Source: Rhina ancylostomus
Taxonomy: Eukaryota
Length of the DNA stretch: 64,000 bases
Direction: 5' to 3'
Assembly (NCBI GenBank): GCA_030265395.1
Contig: JARFYF010000063.1
Location: forward strand, 51,943,919-52,007,918
Below, piece by piece: positions 36,898 to 48,400 of this stretch. A program made the translations under genes and the position numbers. How positions within the stretch are numbered: position 1 is the first letter of the stretch; the number at the start of each line of letters is the position of its first letter. Below the pieces are notes generated by a model. It was not told where the DNA came from. It worked only from the letters and a program-made list of their open reading frames with translations, and searched no databases.

Positions 36898-37514
36898 AAG
36901 TCATTACAAACTGCACTACAAAGTTGGAAGATATACTGTATTCTCCTTCCACTTATAGTTTCAATAGAAAAGGTGATGTCCAAGACTAATATCAGAGAAG
37001 ACTGCAGCATGAAAGCTTGCCAGCATGCTGATCCAACTTCTGCCGCAGTCGTTCTACCAGTCTCCTCAAAATAGGAAAATTAAAACAGAAAATATTTGTG
37101 CCAGGAAAAAGGATTTCATCCTTATTTAACAGAACTAAGTGCAGCCCCCACATTTCTTCTGAGATCCAATTGAAGCCCTTGTGAAATTGGGAAGATCCAA
37201 CCTTTATAAATCATCAGGCCAACTTTTACCCTGACTGCTGCCAGAAAATGTGACCACATTGTTCCCTGCCACAACTGCCTGCAGGGATTGCAACTGGTAA
37301 CCTGAGAATCATGGCAAATGGGTCAAAACCTTAAAGGACTCTCTCACCAGCGGTCGCGAAGGGAGAGAAAATGTGTGTGGGGACACATTCTCGGTGTGTG
37401 TTTAATTGCAAAGAATCAGCTCTGATGGGCAGGCCACACTGTTCACGTGCCATACTTGTCAAGTTTCTGAAAGAGGCGCTCTGGTCCAAGCTCTGCTGTG
37501 GCAAGAGTCATTGG

Positions 37515-37978
37515 TGAGGCTGCATATAGTATATCGTGTTCAGTTTTGATCACCCTGCCATTAAGCTGGAAAGAGTGCAGAGGNNNNNNNNNNNNNNNNN
37601 NNNNNNNNNNNNNNNNNNNNNNNNNNNNNNNNNNNNNNNNNNNNNNNNNNNNNNNNNNNNNNNNNNNNNNNNNNNNNNNNNNNNNNNNNNNNNNNNNNNN
37701 NNNNNNNNNNNNNNNNNNNNNNNNNNNNNNNNNNNNNNNNNNNNNNNNNNNNNNNNNNNNNNNNNNNNNNNNNNNNNNNNNNNNNNNNNNNNNNNNNNNN
37801 NNNNNNNNNNNNNTCACCCAGAGGATGGTCAGTATATGGAATGAGCTGCCAGAGGAAGTGGTTGAGGCAGGTACATTAACAACATTTAAAAAGGTACTGG
37901 TACATGGATAGCAAAGGTTTATAGGGATATGGACCAAATGTGGGCAAAAGGGCCTGCTTCCATGCTCTATGACTCTAA
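37515..37978 (+). mobile_element. CR1-type LINE 3' end (gapped)
   Basis: IKLERVQR and TQRMVSIWNELPEEVVEAGTLTTFK. Confidence 0.8.
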
Positions 37979-37987
37979 GAGTTTAGC

Positions 37988-38255
37988 AGGTGAACAGGAA
38001 AAATGGTTCAAAGATGTTCTCAAAGCCTACTTAAAACATATTACAGCCTCAGACTCCTGGGAGTGCCTAGCCTGTGGCTGCTCAAAGTGGAGCAGTATTC
38101 AGAATGGCATTGAGAATCTTGAGTCCCTTCATTGAGAACAGCATAAAAAGCAGGAGTGTACCATCTCCTAAGTCCGCTCCTATCAATCAAGCACTTCCTG
38201 TGCCACTTGAGACAGAGTTTGTGGGACCCACATTGGCCTCCTCAGCCATTCCAGA
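37988..38255 (+). mobile_element. RTE-type LINE 3' fragment
   Basis: GEQEKWFKDVLKAYLK...DSWECLA...KW...IQNGIENLE (ORF 37929..38135). Confidence 0.65.
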
Positions 38256-40594
38256 GCCCTTGTGGATTTTTTCAATTCCGTGGCGCTGCCTAAGAACAAT
38301 AATAAAAATGCATGGCATTAAGAGCTTAGACAGGCAGGTAAAGACATCAATATCCCAATGAAACCTTTTAACCGATGTCACCGGATCAACCTGCTGCGGT
38401 TCATCTCTGTTTCACTGGGAGGTATAAACAAAGTCTGTGCATTGCACAGTATTGCTCTACTCTCTCCACTTGCATGCAACATTGTGTATAAGAATGATGC
38501 CGGAAAACATGTCAGCTGTGTCCAAGTGAGTCACAACCAGAAGCACTTGGTTCAATTCCCGAGGAGCTGGAATCCAAACCAAAATGGGCACCATTGTATT
38601 AAGACTTACATAAAATGGCTTTCATGAGTAGTTCAAGCATAATAAATGGGGACTACAAACTCCAACCTCTAGACTTTGATCTCTTTGAAGATTTTAGATA
38701 AATAATGAAAAATAAAGAAATTATTAAAACAGATCAAGATTAGTTCTGAACTAAAAAAGAGACATCACTGTTAGCCTATTCCAGAAAACTGGACAAGGAG
38801 TATTGTAGGGATAAATTTGTAAAACACCTCTAAACGACAAAGATCATTATGAACATAGACTTTATCATACAAGGCTATCCAACTCAAAATACATTTATGA
38901 CAATTACCCAAGTTACTAGTATTCTCTACAGATTGAACTCAAAAAAGAATCACATGGCAGATTAAGTTAAAGCAATTATTACAAGAAGTTAAAATGATTT
39001 CAAGTCATCTTTGCTACAATAAAAAACTGGAATGGTAAAATGCTAAGCTAGCTTAAATTTTCCATTTTTGATCTTGCACAGATGTCTTAACACACAGCAC
39101 TTCATATTGTGGGAAACATGCTACTTGGAAAATCAAGGAAAATGCCAAAATGAATTTTGGTCCAATCAGTTAACAAGTCTTAGTGGGATGAAGGTCCTTT
39201 TTCTGTGCTGTATCTCTCTACAACTCTATGACTCCTTTCACCATTTGCATGAAATGCTGGAGGGTGACTGCAACCATGACAAAAAAAATGGCACTGCATT
39301 GATCCCTGGCTTTTGTGACATTCTGAAGAAACGTGGTATCAATGATACACCTTATCATAATTTTCACCTACGTGTATGTTTCATTTTGGTGAATTCTTCT
39401 GGATGAATATTACAGAAAGTATTGCTCAGCACAAGAAACTGTGGGAAAAAGTTTATGGGATCAAAAAGCAGTGCACGGATTCAGATTATTGCCATGAGAT
39501 TGAAAAATGTTTCTTGACCTGGATCTTTAAAATGGCCAAATATGGTAATCTGATGTGACTAAATGGATTATTGGTGCCCCCTTGACCATAACAGAAACAT
39601 TGAGTTTTGACTTTCAAATATTGTTCATGCAATGCAGTTTGGAGGAATTGCGAGGTCTCCAAAATCAAAAAGTGCATGGAAAGATAGCAGTTGTTAATAT
39701 TAATAGCTTTAGTGAATGCCAACGTGTATTTTTGATATTCACAAAACGTCGCTTCACAGAACTATTTCCCAATAAAATTTGGACCCAAATCATGAGATTT
39801 TAGGTCTGTCTTAAAATGTAGGCTTTAATAAAAAATATAAAGAAGAAAAAAAATAGAAAGGTCAGAGGGAATTCCAAATAAGCTTAAAGTTGAGCGATTA
39901 AACTTTACAAAGCTCAAAGCCCAAATAGAGGAATATGGATACTTTGGAGAATTGTAGGCCTGAACAAGATTACAGATACAAGGGAGGCCATGGATGCTTG
40001 CCTCTAATTCATATCAGGCATGGTGTAAAAGTATCAGCTGATATTTTATGGTCAATCCAAGAGTCCCACGTCCAAACAGATCGTTGGGACAGAGCCAAAC
40101 CTTCTCAATGGAAATCAGGTTGCCAGCAACTACCGCTGCACAGCCCTGTGATTTTGATTTTCTTTCTTCCCCATGGGGGCAGAAGTCTGATGGGTAACAA
40201 TTGATTCAACATTGTCCCCATTGTATCACTGAGGACAGGTAGGATCATACTCACATTCCATTACTCACTTACACATCCAACCAGCTGTAAACAATCGTGC
40301 TTAGGTTACCTAATTTGCAGATTAAGCCCAAAGTCCCTTTTAATTATTCCAAATGGAGTATCAGCATGTTATAAGGGCAAATATTAAAATTGCCCAAAAT
40401 AGCTGCAGAGCGAATCAATGGTTTACAGATCAAGGGACAAGGCCAGCACCAACTTGTGCCTATCAGAGGAGGAAATCTGCCATCTTATATGCTCTGGCCT
40501 ATATGTGACTTCAGACCCACAGCAATGTGACTGACTCTCAATTGCCCTCTGGAATGGTCTAGCCATTCTGAAGCTCTACAGTTTTCAGATGGCT

Positions 40595-40760
40595 GTCAAA
40601 GATCCCATAGTGCTATTTTAAAGAGTTGAGGGAGATTTCCCCAGTGACTTGGGCAGTATTTATTCCTTGATTATCATTGCTAAAACACAGTATTGTTATT
40701 AGCTTGGTGTTTATAAGAGCTTGCTGTGTGCAAACTGATTGCTCCATTTCTCACATGACA
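40595..40760 (+). mobile_element. Deu-domain SINE remnant
   Basis: AAAGATCCCATAGTGCTATTTT...ATTTATTCC...GAGCTTGCTGTGTGCAAACTGATTGC. Confidence 0.55.
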
Positions 40761-41177
40761 AATCCCCTCCTTGCCTCTTTGCTGCCTCTCTGTAACCTAC
40801 AACCTCTTGAAATCTCTGCACTTCAATTCTGTTTCATTACTGTGCCCCTGATTTTAATGGCTCTACCGTTACTAAACTGCTGGTAATTGCCTATAGTTTT
40901 GAATTTCCAAAATATTTCAGCTGCTCCATCCTCTAAGATCCTTCTAAAAACTTAAAGGTTTCACAAAGCTTTTGGTCACCAGTTATGTGGATTGAGGCAC
41001 AATTGTGAAGCACCTTGGATAATTTTTACATTACATTAAAATTTTTACTTTTACATTAAAAGGCACAATATGTACACAAGGTTTGTTACAGCTCTACCCT
41101 ACATGTAACTCAGTCAAATGTTAACTCAGAACTGTATATTCTGGGTATCCATGAGAAAAAAAAGAGGGACTAAGAAT

Positions 41178-41392
41178 GTTTTGGGAAGCGAGGGAAGAAA
41201 ATTGCAGGGGCGCTGGAAAAGATATTTGCATTATTTTTAGCAACAGGTGAGGTACCAGAAGACTGGAGGATGGCTAATGTAGTGGATAGAAAAGGCTTAG
41301 AGGGATACAGGCCAAATGCAGGCTCGGATAGACATTTTGGTTGACATCGACGAGTTGGGCTAAAAGGCCTGTTTTTGTGCTGTATGACTCTA
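41178..41392 (+). mobile_element. Internally deleted CR1 fragment
   Basis: GEVPEDWRMANV coding segment joined directly to the CR1 3' tail (TGGGCTAAAAGGCCTG...TATGACTCTA). Confidence 0.7.
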
Positions 41393-42098
41393 AGACACTA
41401 AAAGAAAGAGCAGAAAAGATGTGTGTAACCAGAATTGAGAGACTGTACCACTGTGGTCATTTGATGTGGAAAACAGAACAGGTGCCTCTAAATTCTTAAA
41501 TATGAAATTGATCTGCAAGAACAGTTTCCACTTTGTGTTTGTCTGGAACAAAAGGGGCATGAACAGAGAGCTATGAATTAACAAAAAGAATTTTGGAGAA
41601 CTTGTAACTCAATACCACAAAGGTTGATCAAAATGGCAAGTCTTGATCTATTCACAAAGAAAAGGGATTAGAGGGATAGAAATTCAAGGCTGGAAAAAGT
41701 AATTAGAGTGGGAGAAGTTACATGTAGGGTAAAAACACACCACTGGCGAGTTGAGTTAAACAGTGATTTGTGATAAAGGAAGATTGAATGATCCATGTAG
41801 AGATTAGTTCAGATGTCAACATGTCACATCTCTCTCCTATTTTTCAACAAATATTGTAATCTGCCATTGAACCAATTGTAACTGAATTCAAGGTGCAACC
41901 CTCCCACCATTCAGCATTAACTATGGGAGTTTGGAAGTGAAGACAACTAGCAGTTCAGGAGATAACAACAGGAAATCTCCCTTGACAAACAGTTTTACCT
42001 CCTCCTTGACCATTATTTTTTAAATAACATTTAATTTATGAAACACTATTATAAGCATATTATTAGTGTATTAACTGTACCAATCCTCATTAATGTGG

Positions 42099-42104
42099 TT
42101 TATT
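42099..42104 (-). terminator. Candidate NUF2 polyadenylation signal AATAAA
   Basis: tttatt on +, about 255 nt 3' of the NUF2 stop codon. Confidence 0.55.
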
Positions 42105-42358
42105 TTTACATTTATGTCAAAAGTCACATATTATAAAATACATAGAAAGACTTGAAAATCTCTACATTATGCAGACAAAAAAGCCCTTATTTTTAATCAT
42201 GTCATATACAAAATAGGTCAAGCAGTGACAGATGCGTTGACTTTGAAGTACCTGCTCAAGAATAATTTGTTGCCTGTTAAGAATAAGCAGAAGAGACAGA
42301 AGATTTTAAAAAGAGTTAATAATTTGTACAAAAATTTGAAATGACTGCAGACAGGATT

Positions 42359-42490
42359 TTAAATTCTTTCATTCATGGTCCTCTCCAGCTCTGCCATTTG
42401 TTCATGCCTCTCACGTGCAGCCTTCTGTGTCGCTGTGGCCAAACATTCATGATATTGTTGCAGATGAGTCATCAATTTGGAAATGAGGTT
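42359..42490 (-). CDS. NUF2: NUF2 last coding exon (NLISKLMTHLQQYHECLATATQKAARERHEQMAELERTMNERI*)
   Basis: ccaacag|AAC; stop TAA at 42361-42359. Confidence 0.9.
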   Translation of the reverse strand, partial: NLISKLMTHLQQYHECLATATQKAARERHEQMAELERTMNERI

Positions 42491-45400
42491 CTGTTGGCAG
42501 GTAAATAAAGGACAGAGCTCAAAAACTCAATCCAAGTACTGTACATTATACCCAACGTTTCAAAAGCAAATTCAAGGTATATTCTTAAAGATANNNNNNN
42601 NNNNNNNNNNNNNNNNNNNNNNNNNNNNNNNTAGTCAGTCTGATGAAGTCATAATCTGCATCAACTTCACTCTCTCATCCCCATGAATAAAATTAAAATG
42701 AAGCCTCAAATGTTGAAGTTTGTTTCCAAAATAAAACATTGTACATCTTATCACCATCAATATAGTGTTCAGTGGTTTTATAATTGGAAAGGTTTGCTAT
42801 CAGGGATTAATTTAGCATGTCACTCTTAAATTCCCTAATCTAGGTCATTGTACAGGTAAGAAGGATAATTATTCACATTAAATAAATTCTGTATATGTTT
42901 TGACAGCTTTCAAAAACAAGACTTCCTATACCTGCTACTACTTTAGGTAGTGCTTCACCCCTGTTTACCTATATTCATGACCAAATATAATTTTGATTAG
43001 AGGTATTCAGATGGTCTGCCAGCAATTTGTTCAAATTCCCATTTGTTCATATTCACAAATAAACATACAAAGTAATATAAACTTAAAATCCCAATCTAAT
43101 TAAAATAAATCCACATTATAGATAAGACTTTTCTTCAAATTGCGATTACGTACCTCACATTCAGACACATCCTTCTCACAGTTCTCTTTCAACAGCTTCA
43201 TTTTTATCAGAACATGTTGACGCTCACTGTTTATTTGAGCAACCTGCTCATTCTTTTTCTGGCTCCGAACCTTAAGTTGATCATACTCACTTGTTTTGAA
43301 AAAAAAGAAAAAGTTAAATTGATACACATTGTGATGTATTTTAAAATTAAAAAAATTATTTTGCTTGGGTTAATCCTGAATAAGACAGATTAATTTACAA
43401 TAAAATTGGCCAACAGAATTCAAGGGCACATTTCTTCGTGTATATCTAAATGGAATTCTATACCATATTATCACAATGCCTTAATATAACAGGCAGGAAT
43501 GAATCATTCTCTTATTCCCACTGCTTCTTTTCACCTATCTGGCAGTGTTTGATGAAAACCAAGCACCCTTTACATTTCCTATCCAACATTCCCAGGGCAA
43601 GCTTTGCACTGGTTAGTTACAGAATAAAGCTTCCTCTTGGCTTTCCCTTCAAACACTACATTAACAGACACAGCATGAGTTTGATTTTATGCAATATTCC
43701 TTGGGCAGGTACAGTGCAGATCTGATATGGAGTCAAGTTCCCTCGATGCAATTCTGTTTAACAGTTCCAGGACAGTTGTACCACAGTTTACATATAGAAG
43801 GAAGCTTTCTATACTGGCCCACCAACACTGTGGCAGGTAGAGCATATTAATACAAGGGTTTCTGCCTCTACCACCCTTTCAAGCAGACAGATTGCAGACT
43901 GCTGTTGTCCACTGGGTGAAAAAAAACTTCGCCTATCTCACCTTTAATCTTTCCACTAATTATTTTAAACCTGTGCCCCCCTCTAAGAGAAATAGATCCC
44001 CCTTATTTACTTTACCTGGACCTCAGAATGCTATACAACTTGATTTTGTCTCAACCTCATCAGTTCCTAAGTAAACAACTCAAGCTTATCCAATCCTTCC
44101 TCTAAAAATTTCCATTCCTAACTTTGTCAGAAATTCCCCATATTCAGTTCAGTGCAATCAAATCTCTTCTGTAATGTGGTGATAAGAACTGAATGCTCAA
44201 GTTGTTGTCTAGGTAGTGTTGCGTGTAGCCCTGGCAGATCCTTCCCGCTTTTGGATACTATGTCTCAACTAAAGAATAAAAGATTCCCAGCTTACCAACC
44301 TGTTCTGTTTCCATCTTGTCTGTATCTTTCAGCATCCTCCCATTTATTATAGATTCCATTGTTTTATTGCATCTCCCCGAATGCATACCTTCACATCTCT
44401 CTGGATCACAGAAGCAAGCATCAAGGGTTTCTTTTGCTTCTTACCACTGAGCCAATTGTTGATCCAGTGTGCCATTCTCCCTTGGATTGTACTTTTTCTA
44501 ATTAGCCTACCATACTGAAATCCACACAGATATCACACATACTGCCCTCATTACCCCTCCTCATAATATTTAATCATTAATCAGACACAACCTTCCTTAA
44601 ATCTATGTTGACTGTCCCTGATAAATCTGTGGTTTTTGAAATGAAGATGTATAATCTATCAGAATTGATTCCAATAGTTTTCCTACCACAAAAGCTAAGC
44701 TAATTGGCCTATTCACTTCAGCCCTTCCTCATACATGAAACAAAAATACATCAGTCCTTAAATTCTACATCATTACTTCTGTCGTAAGAGAATATTGAAA
44801 AATAATGGTCAGAGCCTTGGCAGTTTCCTTCTTTTAACAGCCTGTATTCAGGCCTAGCCACGTATCCAATTTATCCATGCACTTTGTTATCGAAGGAGCT
44901 CTAGGTCTGATGGTCTCACCCTTTTCCTTTATGGAAGGATGTTTACCCAGTCTCTTGAATCTCCATCTAGAATGAGTCCCATTGTTGGGAATAACCTGAG
45001 AGTGTTTGATGGGAAAATGCAGTTGGGATCCTTACTTTGTAACTATCAAATGTTATACCTGTCTTAGGTTTTTAAGCACAAGAATCAGTTGATATAATAG
45101 AGTTTAACCTAGTTTTACTCTAACTAATGCATGCTGCATATAACCTGGGAGCATTTTATTTTTCAAAAGCGACAGATAGCTTTATCCAGTCCACTTCTGA
45201 TATATAACTTCGCCATGTAGTAAGATTGGCCTCATTCCAACTTAGAACCTTTAGCTTTTTCTATAACAATACTAAATCTAACTAAATGATAATCATTATT
45301 ACAATAGAGTATTTTCTGAATTACACCATTTCCTCCTGTCCAACTTTATTCCCCAAGACCAAATCCAGAAATTGCACCCACTCCCTTTGCCCCTTATTGC

Positions 45401-48400
45401 TGGATATACTACATGCTCCCTAAAAAGGTACTCCTAAATGCAATTTAGAAAATTTGTGTCCTCTATAGCCTTTAGATTAGATACAGAGTAAAGCTCTCTC
45501 TACATTGCTTATCAAGCAGCCCCTAGCCTGGTGCAGTGCAAGTTTGACACAGAATAAGATCCCTTTGCAATGTCCCATCAAATCTGCCAAGCCAAGCACA
45601 GCAGAGTTTCACCGCATTTGTTAGAATGAACTGGTCCTTTTTCCCTGCCCCTGCTGAAATTTGTTGGAGAGCAGACATTGAGCAAAACTTGGTGCTACAT
45701 TTCAAGACAAATAATAAGGAGAAACAATACATATCAAACAGCACAATTATAAAAAGTTGTTCAGGAACAGAAAATGCATAGGAAAAGTGCAATCCAGGTA
45801 CAATGCAGTTCTTCACTTCCATAGTTCTCCCTCAAACAGTCAAAAATATCAGAAAAAATATGAAGCCTTAAATTTCTCAGAAACAAATTAAATTTTTATG
45901 AGGTGGCAGGGAAGGTTGACAGGATACAGTCAATATTGTCCACAGAAGTTTGCAAAAGGCATTTAATAAATTACACAAAAGTCAACTTAACAAAACTGAG
46001 ATCCTTAGAACTAGAATCAATAGCAGAATGTTGATGTAAAGGGAGCAAGCAGAGACAAATTATTTTCTTTTCCCCTGACTGAAGATAGACATAAGTGTTC
46101 TCCATTGTCAGTATTGGAACCATTTTTTTAATATTTATTGATGAGTGTATGGGTAAAGTTTTTAAATGTGCCACTGAGAAGAGGTTGAAAGTACAATAAA
46201 TAGTGAGGAAGGTTGGAATAGGCTCTAAGGAAACAAAGAAAGGCTGTTTGAATGGGTGATGAAATTTAATACAGAGAACAGTGAAGTGCCAGGTGCTATA
46301 TTTCATTACAGACCAGAAGGATAGACAATAAAGACTAAATGGCATAATCATAAAAGGTCTGCAGGAACAGAGAGACCTAGATCCACATGTGCACATATCT
46401 TTGAAAGTGTAAGAGCATATCGAGAGAGGAGCTGGTAAAAGAAATGGGATTTGGGGATATATAAAAGAATAGAAAAAAAGGAAAGTTACTTTGAATTTGT
46501 GTAAAACACTAGTTAGGCCACAAGTGGAGGACTGCATTCATATCTGAATAACTATTTTGAGAAAGGGTTATGATCTTGTGCAGGGATGCAGAAAATATTT
46601 CAGATGTGGGATCAACTGTTCCATGAGGTTTCAGCTACAAGGTTAGAATGGAAAAGCTGGGTTTGTTCTTCCTGCAGCAAAGAAAGTTGAGAATAGATTT
46701 AATTGATAATAGATTAGCTACCTTTCGTCATATTAGGATTCTGATCCATTGATGATTTATCACCCAAAACCATTAATAGGGCATAAACTCAACATTAGTG
46801 ACTTTTATAGATACTGAAAAGCTGTTGGCCAAGAACCAAGAGTCACAGGTTCTGAAAAAGGGATCAGTCATTTAGAACACAGGTGAAGAAAAATTTCTTC
46901 ACTCAATGGGTGATAAGTTGTGCATCAGAGAACTGTTAATGAATATATTAAAGATCAATAAATTTTTAGATATGATAGCATTTCAATGCACATGAAGATA
47001 AATGAGAGAGTGGTGTGAAGTGTTGCTGTGAATTTACTGAATAGTAAAGCAGGCCCTCGGGACTGTAGGGCCAACATGTTTTTATTGTTTGTATTCATAC
47101 CCATGATAGAACATTATGCCCTGCTTGGATCAGACTATGTTGAACCCAGCCTATGCTCATGGTTGCTGCCATTGCTAACCCATTAATGAGCACAAATATA
47201 AATAAACTTTTATAGCCATATGGCTCCCAATGACAACTTTACCACTGCAACCCTTTCATAAAGCACAGAAGGGTACAGGCAGCAAGGACTAACATGTGGC
47301 TCAGTAATGGCCTTCTGATAGATCTCAAAAATTGACTAAATTGTTTTTAAAATGTGAAATTAAAGTTTAAAAAGCAAAAAGTTGATTTAAACACACTGCT
47401 ATAAATTAATCAAAATATAAATTATATGTTGAAGTAAGAAATAATGAGAAACTTACCTCAACTTATCTTTAAATGGAGATCATTCAAATCAATGGATGGC
47501 AGTTAAGCTGAGAAGCCAGAGAGAAACGTATCTGCTCCCTTAACTCAGCGACCTACAGAATGTCCTTGGACTCAAATAGCAAGTCCAGAACCAGAATGCA
47601 AGGCCAGATGTGCCCAGAATGCGCTGCCATTCATATCATCACCAGCCACCAATTCTCTACAGATCCACTGGCCAGCCATGAGTCTGACCCAGAACACATT
47701 CTTTGGTTTATTGTATGCATCATGCCCAGGCCCAATAGTTCTTTCAATTTTATGCTGAAGAATTATAAAACTATGCAGAAGAATATTTGTATGAAACAGA
47801 CAGTAGTGACACTTGGGTTAAAAACTGACAGATTAAACCAGGAGCCTACAGCTGTTTTTCAGTTCTGATAATGACTGTACAGATGAGCACAAGTATAAAT
47901 TTGACCACAGTGCTTAATTTATTCTATCAACCAATTATAAATGCTAAAAGATGCACCACAGTGTTATGATCCATAACAAATACTAAAACAATAATTAAGT
48001 TTACATACGTGGCTACTGAATCAAGGTTATGCTCCCTAGCTTCCCGCTTCTTAAGCATCTGCATTGTTAGCTTGTCTTGCTTTTCTAATTTTGAACAGAG
48101 AACCCTTTTCAGCTGAGTCTCTTCTTTCTGCATGTTTTCAGACTCGAGTTTTTTTCTATCTAAATCATTTTCTTCTTTCCAAGTCTGTAGAAAAGTCAAG
48201 AGAACAATATATTCTTGCACGTTTCAGATAGTATCACTTTTGACATATATACACATAAAATCTAACAGCTATTTGATTGAAGAGGCAAGATAGTTCCAAA
48301 AGCATATTAAAAATCTATCACATGTGGCAGTCTTTACCTTCTGTCTTCATGCAACTCCAGAGACCATAAATATATCTCTTTTTTAGTGGCAGGGAATTAA

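Noticed and set aside
45971-46537. Longest ORF in the track (188 aa, minus strand)
   Set aside because: It is the antisense reading of a decayed CR1 RT fragment within a NUF2 intron.
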